Of a stretch of 64,000 bases of DNA, positions 43,618 to 51,140 are shown piece after piece. The stretch comes from an uncultured Verrucomicrobiota bacterium (GTDB lineage Bacteria > Verrucomicrobiota > Verrucomicrobiia > Limisphaerales > UBA9464). Where the stretch lies: NCBI GenBank assembly GCA_903916195.1, contig CAIWVP010000148.1, positions 10,396 to 74,395 on the forward strand, read 5' to 3'. The translations under genes and the position numbers were made by a program. Below the pieces are notes generated by a model, which saw only the letters and a list, made by a program, of their open reading frames with translations, searched no databases and was not told the DNA's origin. The first letter of the stretch is position 1. Each line of letters starts with the position of its first letter.

Positions 43618-45942
43618 ATGAAACCCCGAAACAGCATCACCACCTCACTGGCTTCGTTGAGCCTGGCCGCCCCCCTGCTCGGACAGACCAACGCGCCGTC
43701 GTCCCCCCGGGAAACGACCGTCTTCGACCGTGTCGTCGTGGAAGGGGTCCCCCTCGAGGAGCTGATCGTGCCGACGGCCCGGCCCTTCAGTTCCGTGTAC
43801 GGCACGGACCGTTCCATCCTGGATACGCCCCGCAACGTCACCATCATCAGCCGCGCCCAGCTCGACGCGATCTCGATCAAGGACGTGCGCGACTTCTCCA
43901 AGCTGACCTCCAGCTCATACACCCGCTCCAATTTCGGCGCCCCGACCACGCCCGACATCCGGACGCAGATCGCCGACACCTACAGCAACGGCATGCGCAT
44001 CGGCCTCTCGTCGAACGGCAACGGCCTGCCGGTGAACTTCAACTCCGTCGAGTCTGTCAACATCGTCAAAGGCCCGGCCACCGCGGTCTACGGCCCTTCG
44101 CAGTACGTCGGCGGCTACATTGATTACATCACCAAGAAGCCGTTCTTCGACAAGTTCCAGGGCTCCGTCTTCGGCGAGGTCGGCATGTACGACCAGTACC
44201 GTTGGGGCACTGATTTCGGCGGCCCGATCTCGAAGACCCAGGCGTATCGCATCAGCTATTCCGGCGAGGATTCCGGGAGCTACTACGGCGACGGCTTCAA
44301 GAAGACCGAGGCCGGGTACGGCGCCTACAGCTGGATCCCGAACGACACGTACGAGCTGGCCCTCAACGCCGAGTACTTCTGGGGCAACTACACCGAGAAC
44401 TTCGGCATCAACCGCGTCACCCAGGAGCTGATCGACGACGGCATCTACCAGACCGGCACGAACATCAACGGCGGCACCTCCGCCAGCGCCGCCGACCCGC
44501 AGAACGCGAAGAACGTCGTGTCCGGCTTCCCGACCAGCAACACCATCGGCCTCGGGCCCAAGGTGAAGATCGACCGAGCCCTGCGCACGCTGAAGCCGGG
44601 CGACGATTCGGAGGGCCACTCGGTCAACCTCCAGGCGATCCAGACGGTGAAGCTCAGCGATTCCGCCACCATCGCGAACAACACGTTCTACCGCTACGTC
44701 GACCGCGAGACCTACAGCTCGTACTACTACTCGGAGATCATCGACCCGAGCTGGAGCGTCGAGAACCGCACCGAGGTCCGCCTCGACCTGGAGAAGCACA
44801 AGATCAACACCGGCCTCTCGCTCCGCTACCAGGAGGTCACGGCCTACAACGATTTCTTCTTCGAGCCCGCCAACGCGTGGGACCTGACGAAGGACCACGA
44901 CTTCATCGACATCACCCGGTCGGACGCCTTCATCGCCTCGACCAAGAACGGCGACCGCGTGGCGGTGCCCGGCTGGGCGGGCCGCTACTACACGCCCTAC
45001 AACGGCGATTCCGGCCACTCCGAGGCCCTCACGGCCGCGCCGTTCATCCAGGAGGACTGGCACATCACCGAAAAGCTGTCCGCCCTCGCCGGCGGCCGCA
45101 TCGACGTGCTCAGCACCAGGTACCAGGATCCCGCGGGCTACCTCAAAGGCGACTCGACCGTCGTCGGCCTGCCCAACGGCAACGGCAGCCTGATCTACAA
45201 GTGGACGCCCGAGTTCTCGACCTACGGCACCTACAATTATAGCCAGAACCCGGTCGGCGCGACCGGCAACGGCGGCGGCATCACCACCGCCGGCAACGCG
45301 GACTACTCGAACGCCATCCTCCGCAACGAGGCGATGCTGTACGAGCTCGGGGCGAAGCAGACGCTCTTCGGCAACCGGCTGTTCCTGAACTTCGCCTTGT
45401 TCCAGCAGGACCGCGCCGACCTCCAGCAGGACCGCTCGATCGTCAAATTCCTCACCCGCGGCGTCGAGTTCGAGGCCAACTACCAGCCCAACCGGAATCT
45501 CTTCCTCACGTTCGGCTATTCCTACATGGATTCGACGGTGGACCAACCGCAGTTCGACGTGGGCAACACATCGCTCACGCCGGCCTCCGACCGGTTCTTC
45601 ACCATGGACCCCGCGGACGCCCCGTACCGTCGACAAGGCGTCCCGGCGCACCTGATGAACCTCCTCGTCTCCTACAAGTTCGACAACGGGTTCGGCGCCA
45701 GCGCGAACCTGGTCTTCACCAGCGAGATCAACAACAACGTCAAGGGCACCCTCGTCATCCCCGCCCAGTACTCGCTCGACCTGTCGGCGTTCTACACCCA
45801 CAAGCGCTTCGAGGCCCGCCTCTCCGCGCTCAACGCGACCGACGAGAAGAACTGGAGCGCTCCGAACGCCGTGTACGGCAACGAGTCCATCATCGCGGAC
45901 CTTCCGTTCCGGCTCGAAGGCCGCGTGACCCTGAAGTTCTGA
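43618..45942 (+). CDS. TonB-dependent receptor (paralog of 18455..20911)
   Basis: The track ORF starts at a TTG at 43597. The ATG at 43618 gives a signal peptide (MKPRNSITTSLASLSLAAPLLGQ). The plug reads ILDTPRNVTIISRAQLDA...VESVNIVKGPATAVYG. It shares the string GINRVTQELIDDGIY with the other receptor. The terminal sequence is ...EGRVTLKF. Confidence 0.9.
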   Translation: MKPRNSITTSLASLSLAAPLLGQTNAPSSPRETTVFDRVVVEGVPLEELIVPTARPFSSVYGTDRSILDTPRNVTIISRAQLDAISIKDVRDFSKLTSSSYTRSNFGAPTTPDIRTQIADTYSNGMRIGLSSNGNGLPVNFNSVESVNIVKGPATAVYGPSQYVGGYIDYITKKPFFDKFQGSVFGEVGMYDQYRWGTDFGGPISKTQAYRISYSGEDSGSYYGDGFKKTEAGYGAYSWIPNDTYELALNAEYFWGNYTENFGINRVTQELIDDGIYQTGTNINGGTSASAADPQNAKNVVSGFPTSNTIGLGPKVKIDRALRTLKPGDDSEGHSVNLQAIQTVKLSDSATIANNTFYRYVDRETYSSYYYSEIIDPSWSVENRTEVRLDLEKHKINTGLSLRYQEVTAYNDFFFEPANAWDLTKDHDFIDITRSDAFIASTKNGDRVAVPGWAGRYYTPYNGDSGHSEALTAAPFIQEDWHITEKLSALAGGRIDVLSTRYQDPAGYLKGDSTVVGLPNGNGSLIYKWTPEFSTYGTYNYSQNPVGATGNGGGITTAGNADYSNAILRNEAMLYELGAKQTLFGNRLFLNFALFQQDRADLQQDRSIVKFLTRGVEFEANYQPNRNLFLTFGYSYMDSTVDQPQFDVGNTSLTPASDRFFTMDPADAPYRRQGVPAHLMNLLVSYKFDNGFGASANLVFTSEINNNVKGTLVIPAQYSLDLSAFYTHKRFEARLSALNATDEKNWSAPNAVYGNESIIADLPFRLEGRVTLKF

Positions 45943-45968
45943 ACCGGCCCGCCGTTCCTAGGTCCGGT

Positions 45969-45996
45969 GGCCACCACCCGCCCGCGGGTGGTGGCC
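45969..45996 (+). other. perfect 12-bp GC-rich hairpin between the receptor and NUP genes
   Basis: ggccaccacccg (45969-45980), loop cccg, cgggtggtggcc (45985-45996). No T-run follows, so it is more likely an intra-operon processing or stability element than a strong terminator. Confidence 0.5.
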
Positions 45997-46028
45997 TTCC
46001 GGTCCGACCTTCCCCGAACCGACATCCC

Positions 46029-47072
46029 TTGCAAATCCATCGCTTCGCTCTCTCCGTGATCCTTGGCGGTTGGGTCGGGTCGGTCGCCTGGGCGTCCGAC
46101 CTCATCCGCCCGAAGGTCGTCGTCGTCGCCACGTTCGAGATCGGTGCGGACACCGGCGACAAGCCCGGCGAGTTCCAGTTCTGGGTCGAGCGCGCCAAAC
46201 TGACAAATTCGATCGTCGTCCCCGGCGTCGACCGGCCGCTGCGCCACAACGACGCCGGCGTCTACGGATTCGTCTCCGGCACCACTGTCCGCAGCGCCGT
46301 GCAGGTCATGGCGCTGTTGGCCGATCCGCGGTTTGATTTCTCGAAGAGCTACTGGCTGGTGAACGGCATCGCGGGCGTCGATCCCGAGAACGCCTCGGTC
46401 GGCAGCGCCGCATGGGCCCGCTGGGTCGTCGATGGCGACATCGCCTACGAGATCGATCCACGCGAGGCGCCGGCCGGTTGGCCCTACGGTATCGTCCCCA
46501 TCGGCGGCAAGAAGCCCAACGAGATCCCCAAGAACGCCGACTGGGCCCCGAAGCCGATGGCCTGGAAACTCGATCCGGCCTTGGTGGACTGGGCTTTTTC
46601 GCTGACGAAGGACATCACCATCCCCGAGACCGACGGTGCCCGGAAGCACCGCGCCGAGTTCGTCGGCTTCGAGAAAGGCTCCGCACCGCCCAAGGTCATC
46701 CTTGGCGAAAGCCTCGGTTCCTGCCGCTACTGGCACGGCACGGCCATGACCCGGTGGGCCAACGACTGGACCCGGCTCCACACCCAGGGCGAAGGCGACT
46801 TCGTCATGACCAACATGGAGGACCACGGGATCTGCACCGCGATGGAACGGATGGCCAAGCTCGGCAAGGTCGATTTCCAGCGCCTGCTCTTCTTGCGCAC
46901 CGGCAGCAACTACTGCACGCCGCGCCCGGGCCAGAGATCCTCCGAGAGCATGACCGAGGAATACAGCGGCATGGAGCCCGCCCTCGAATCCGCCTGGCTC
47001 GCCGGCAGCAAGGTGATGGATGCCTTGGTCGATGGCTGGGCCACCTTCGAGAAAACGCCTCCCAAGCCATGA
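46029..47072 (+). CDS. NUP-family 'purine nucleoside permease' homolog (exported, PNP-like fold)
   Basis: 347-aa ORF with a TTG start at 46029 and a signal peptide (RFALSVILGGWVGSVAWASD). PKVVVVATFEIGADTGDKPGEFQFWVER...WLVNGIAGVDP...RYWHG...MEDHG matches my memory of the NUP family (PF06516). Confidence 0.75.
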   Translation: MQIHRFALSVILGGWVGSVAWASDLIRPKVVVVATFEIGADTGDKPGEFQFWVERAKLTNSIVVPGVDRPLRHNDAGVYGFVSGTTVRSAVQVMALLADPRFDFSKSYWLVNGIAGVDPENASVGSAAWARWVVDGDIAYEIDPREAPAGWPYGIVPIGGKKPNEIPKNADWAPKPMAWKLDPALVDWAFSLTKDITIPETDGARKHRAEFVGFEKGSAPPKVILGESLGSCRYWHGTAMTRWANDWTRLHTQGEGDFVMTNMEDHGICTAMERMAKLGKVDFQRLLFLRTGSNYCTPRPGQRSSESMTEEYSGMEPALESAWLAGSKVMDALVDGWATFEKTPPKP

Positions 47073-48505
47073 GCATCTCCCCGTTTCGCCGCGGCTCCTT
47101 TGCACGCCTGCTTTGCCTTCTCGGCGTCCTGGGTGCTTTCTCGCGCCCGTGCGCTTCCGCGTCGGATTTCGCGGCGCGATTCGACCGGTTCAAGACCAAC
47201 GCCACCCAGGCCGAGCTCTACCGCTTCCTCTACGCAGTCCCCAAGGCCGGAGACCTCCACCACCATGCGGGCGGCAGTTGGCGGATGGAGGACCTGTTCG
47301 CCGTCGCCACCGATACCCGGCGGAACGGCGGCGACCGCTTCTACACCCGGCTGAAGGCGGGTGGCTGCCCGGAGGAGACGAACTCGTGGCGGAAGTTCCA
47401 GACCATCGACCGATCCACGTGGAAGACGCTTCCCGGATGCGCGCAGGAGGAATTCGTACCGCTCGACGCCCTCACCGTCCCGCAGCGCGGAGCGTTCATC
47501 GATTCGCTCCGCCTCGACGCCCCGGGCGAGGGCCGCACCGAGTTCTTCGAGGAGATCTGGCCGCGTCTCGGCGCGTTGAGCCGCAGCGTGGAGGTGTTCC
47601 TGGAGATGACGGTCGAGACGGCCAAGCGCTACGGCGCCGAAGGCGTGCGCTATCTGGAGCCGCAGACGATCCCGGTCGGCCTGGTGGATGCCCAAGGCGC
47701 GGCGGTCGATCCCGAGGAGTTCCATCGCCGATTGAAGGCCCGTCTGGAGATGCCCGATGCGAAGGCGACCGGCGTCGAGATGCGTTGGCAGGTCGTGGTG
47801 CTGCGTTTCACGCCCGTGGCCGAAAAGGGGGTCGAGCAGGCCCACGATTTCGTCGACCGCCACCGCGACCTGTGGGTGGGAATCAACATGGCCGGCCGCG
47901 AGGACAACGACAAAGGACACCCGCGGCGTTTCCTCGACACCTACCGGAAGATGCGCCTCAGACATTCCGGCATCGGCCTCGCCATCCACGCCGGCGAAGT
48001 GGACGAACCCAATCCCCACATGCGCGACACGTTGCTCCTCGGCGCCACACGGCTCGGCCACGGCAACAACATCCTGACCGACGAGGACCTCCTGCTCCAC
48101 CTCCGCTCCGGCATCGCCATGGTGGAGATCAACCTCGTCAGCAACCTGCTGCTCGGATACGTGGACACGTATGCGCAGCACCACTTCCCCGAGCTGCTCC
48201 GCACCGGCGTCCCTGTGGCGCTCTCGACCGACGACTCCGGTATGTGGGACTCGAACATGACGGACGAGTACATGACCGCCGTGACCGAGTTCGCCCTGAC
48301 CTGGGATGAACTCGTCCGCTGCGGACGCAACTCGCTCACGTGGTCCTTCGCCGAACCGGCCCTGAAGGAGAAGCTGCTCGCCGGCTACGACCGCGACATC
48401 CAGGCCTTCGAGGCCAGGCTCGGCACCGACTGGACCGCCGCGCTCAAGACCGTGAAGCCCGTCAGCTATGGTTTTGCCCTGCGGCGCTGGGGCCTCACGA
48501 ACTGA
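47069..48505 (+). CDS. secreted adenosine deaminase, ADGF/CECR1 (ADA2)-like
   Basis: The ATG at 47069 forms an ATGA overlap. The signal peptide is FARLLCLLGVLGAFSRPCASA. An N-terminal extension precedes the metal motif DLHHHAGGS. Later motifs are GLAIHAGE and ALSTDDSGMWD, typical of the adenosine/AMP deaminase fold. Confidence 0.85.
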   Translation: MSISPFRRGSFARLLCLLGVLGAFSRPCASASDFAARFDRFKTNATQAELYRFLYAVPKAGDLHHHAGGSWRMEDLFAVATDTRRNGGDRFYTRLKAGGCPEETNSWRKFQTIDRSTWKTLPGCAQEEFVPLDALTVPQRGAFIDSLRLDAPGEGRTEFFEEIWPRLGALSRSVEVFLEMTVETAKRYGAEGVRYLEPQTIPVGLVDAQGAAVDPEEFHRRLKARLEMPDAKATGVEMRWQVVVLRFTPVAEKGVEQAHDFVDRHRDLWVGINMAGREDNDKGHPRRFLDTYRKMRLRHSGIGLAIHAGEVDEPNPHMRDTLLLGATRLGHGNNILTDEDLLLHLRSGIAMVEINLVSNLLLGYVDTYAQHHFPELLRTGVPVALSTDDSGMWDSNMTDEYMTAVTEFALTWDELVRCGRNSLTWSFAEPALKEKLLAGYDRDIQAFEARLGTDWTAALKTVKPVSYGFALRRWGLTN

Positions 48506-48560
48506 CGACAAGCACTCCGGCCAGCGTTTCTTCCAAGCGACCCGCGGACATCATCCCGAC

Positions 48561-49883
48561 ATGTTGACACGATTCTTCCGACTCGAACAGCACGGCACGA
48601 CCGTGCGCCGAGAGCTCGTCGCCGGCCTGACCACCTTCGCCGCGATGGCCTACATCCTCGCGGTCAACCCGGCCATCCTCTCGCAGACCGGCATGGACAA
48701 AGGGGCGCTGATCAGCGCCACCGCCTTGGCGTCGGCGCTGATGACGGTGGTGATGGCGTTGGCCACGAACTACCCGATCGCCTTGGCGCCGGGCATGGGC
48801 TTGAACGCTTTCTTCACCTTCGGCATCTGCCTCGGTTCGAAGATGCCTTGGCAGGCGGCGCTCGGGCTCGTGTTCTACAGCGGGGTCGCGTTCCTCATCC
48901 TCACGCTGACCGGTGTGCGGCGAAAACTGATCGATGCCATCCCCCACGAGCTGAAGCTGGCCATCACCTGCGGCATCGGCCTCTTCATCGCCTTCATCGG
49001 ATTGAAAGGGGCAGGCGTCATCTCGGCCCACCCCGCCACGTTGGTCAGCCTCGGCGACATCCGCCAACCAGGCCCGCTGATGGCCCTCGGCGGCATCATC
49101 GTCGCCGCGGTGCTCATCTGGCGGAAGGTGCCCGGCGCCCTCATCCTCACGGTGCTGGGTCTCACGGTCCTCGGCCTCTTCCTGAAGACCACCGGACCGG
49201 ACTCCGCGCCGGTGACGCCCATGCCGGCGTCTTGGGTGTCCGCTCCCGCGTCCTTGGCGCCGACGTTCCTCCAGCTCGACCTCGCCTACTTCTGGCAACA
49301 TTGGCGGGTGTGTCTGCCGCTGCTGCTGGCGCTGCTGTTCGTGGATCTCTTCGACAACATGGGCACGCTCATCGGGGTCTGCCAACGGGCCGGTCTGCTC
49401 GACAAGCAGGGCAACCTCCCGAAGATCGGCCGGGCCCTCACGGCCGACGCGACGGCGGCGATGGTCGGCTCCACGCTCGGGACCTCGACGGTCACGAGCT
49501 ACATCGAATCCGCGGCCGGGGTCGAAGCCGGCGGTCGCACCGGCCTGACCGCCGTCACCACGGCGGGCTGCTTCCTGCTCGCGCTCTTCCTCAGCCCGCT
49601 CATCGCCGTGGTCCCGGCGGCGGCCACGGCCCCGGCGCTGGTCCTCGTGGGCGTGTTCATGATGCAGAGCGTGGCGGAGCTGGACCTGAAGGATTTCGCC
49701 AAAGCCGTCCCGGCGGTCATCACCATGCTGGCCATGCCGCTGACCTTCAGCATCGCGGAAGGCATCGCCATCGGTTTCGTGGTCCACGTGTTCTTCATGC
49801 TCGGCATCGGTCGCGGCAAGGAAGTGAAGCCGCTTTCATGGGGGCTCGGCCTGCTCTTCCTTGCCCACCTCATCTGGAGATGA
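48561..49883 (+). CDS. NCS2-family purine permease (AzgA-type adenine/guanine/hypoxanthine transporter)
   Basis: The ATG at 48561 gives MLTRFFRLEQHGTTVRRELVAGLTTFAAMAYILAVNP. This closely resembles the conserved N-terminus of E. coli AdeQ/GhxP-type permeases. The rest of the protein is polytopic. Confidence 0.9.
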   Translation: MLTRFFRLEQHGTTVRRELVAGLTTFAAMAYILAVNPAILSQTGMDKGALISATALASALMTVVMALATNYPIALAPGMGLNAFFTFGICLGSKMPWQAALGLVFYSGVAFLILTLTGVRRKLIDAIPHELKLAITCGIGLFIAFIGLKGAGVISAHPATLVSLGDIRQPGPLMALGGIIVAAVLIWRKVPGALILTVLGLTVLGLFLKTTGPDSAPVTPMPASWVSAPASLAPTFLQLDLAYFWQHWRVCLPLLLALLFVDLFDNMGTLIGVCQRAGLLDKQGNLPKIGRALTADATAAMVGSTLGTSTVTSYIESAAGVEAGGRTGLTAVTTAGCFLLALFLSPLIAVVPAAATAPALVLVGVFMMQSVAELDLKDFAKAVPAVITMLAMPLTFSIAEGIAIGFVVHVFFMLGIGRGKEVKPLSWGLGLLFLAHLIWR

Positions 49884-50842
49884 CGACACCAACCAGACCG
49901 GAACGGATTCCGCGGACAGGCCTGGATCCGCGGCACGCGTCCGCGTTCTTGTCCCTCGTCTTCGTCGCGGGCTGCGCATCACCGGAACGGACCTCCGGCC
50001 ATGTACGACCTGCCACCCGCTTCATCGCCGTCATGGCGGCCTACGGTCCGGAACTCGCGGCGAACGAAGCCGCGTTCCTCGGGACAGATCCACCGGTCTC
50101 CGTGACCAAGATCAACGGGGTCGCCTTCAAGCATGTGAGGTTCGAGGGACGCGACCTGCTGCTGTTCCCGAGCGGCATGAGCATGGTGAACGCCGCGATG
50201 ACGACCCAGCTGGCGCTGGACCGTTTTCCCATCTCGCATGTGCTCTTCGCCGGCATCGCGGGCGGCATCGATCCCGCCCACCGCATCGGCGACGTCGTCA
50301 TCGCGGACAAATGGTTCCACCATTCCGAGGCTGCTTACCTCAATCCCAAGCCCGACGGGTCCGGCTATGTGAAGCCGGAATATCTGAGACCGCCCTACGA
50401 GAACTTCGGGTTCATGTTCCCCGATCATGTCTGGACGGTCCGTGACGGCATGGAAGAGCCGCAGCGGCAGCCCTTCTTTTCGGCGGACCCATCGCTGCTC
50501 GAAGCGGCCAAACGGGCGGTGGCGACCGTTCCACCGATGACCTACGCCGGCCGCGAGGTGCAGGTGACCGTCGGTGGAAACGGGATCTCCGGGCCCGTCT
50601 TCATGGACAACCGGGAGTATCGCAAGTGGGCCTTCCGCGTGTGGAAAGCCGGATGCCTCGACATGGAATCCACCGCCATCGCGCAGGTCTGCTGGGCCAA
50701 CCAGAAGCCGTTCCTGATCGTGCGCAGCCTCAGCGACCTCGCCGGTGGTCAGGACGGCGTGAACGCCGCCGATTCCACCGAGGGGCCGGTATCACATCTT
50801 GCCGCGTCGGTGGTCCGCGATGTCGTCCGACAGTTGCGGTAG
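49880..50842 (+). CDS. lipoprotein nucleosidase/phosphorylase (PNP_UDP_1 family, MtnN-like)
   Basis: The ATG at 49880 forms an ATGA overlap. The lipobox is FVAGCAS. Family motifs are LLFPSGMSMVNAAMTTQ, FAGIAGGID, LDMESTAIAQVC and IVRSLSDLAGG. Confidence 0.8.
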   Translation: MTTPTRPERIPRTGLDPRHASAFLSLVFVAGCASPERTSGHVRPATRFIAVMAAYGPELAANEAAFLGTDPPVSVTKINGVAFKHVRFEGRDLLLFPSGMSMVNAAMTTQLALDRFPISHVLFAGIAGGIDPAHRIGDVVIADKWFHHSEAAYLNPKPDGSGYVKPEYLRPPYENFGFMFPDHVWTVRDGMEEPQRQPFFSADPSLLEAAKRAVATVPPMTYAGREVQVTVGGNGISGPVFMDNREYRKWAFRVWKAGCLDMESTAIAQVCWANQKPFLIVRSLSDLAGGQDGVNAADSTEGPVSHLAASVVRDVVRQLR

Positions 50843-50875
50843 AAGTCCGTGGTGCTCGAAGCCGACGACGACATC

Positions 50876-51001
50876 TCACCGCTCGGCGGAGCGCATGGCC
50901 GCGAGGACGCCCATCACCGCGACGACCACCCGCATCTCCACGAGCGTGAACGCGTCGGCCGTGCGGACGGGGCGGAGACGCTGGAGGTTCGGCAGACGCA
51001 T
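50876..51001 (-). pseudogene. 41-codon remnant of a prepilin-type N-terminal domain gene
   Basis: This ORF is not in the ORF track (below the size cut-off). I translated it by hand as MRLPNLQRLRPVRTADAFTLVEMRVVVAVMGVLAAMRSAER-stop. It has a prepilin-like leader and hydrophobic helix but no globular domain. The downstream sequence runs straight into the convergent nucleosidase gene. Confidence 0.35.
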
Positions 51002-51140
51002 GGCGGACGGACGGCGGGCATGGAAAGTAGCGCCCGCTCACCGGCCCGTCGCATGACAAAGGGCCGCGATGAGGGCAACCGGCCGCGCCGACTTTTCCCG
51101 CGCGCCGGGGCCGGTTCCGCGCTACCATCCATGACAACGT

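Noticed and set aside
43915-45801. 628-aa ORF antisense to receptor 2; likewise 19706-21436 (576 aa) antisense to receptor 1
   Set aside because: These are shadow ORFs. The receptor frames have plug and barrel signatures and terminal aromatic residues.
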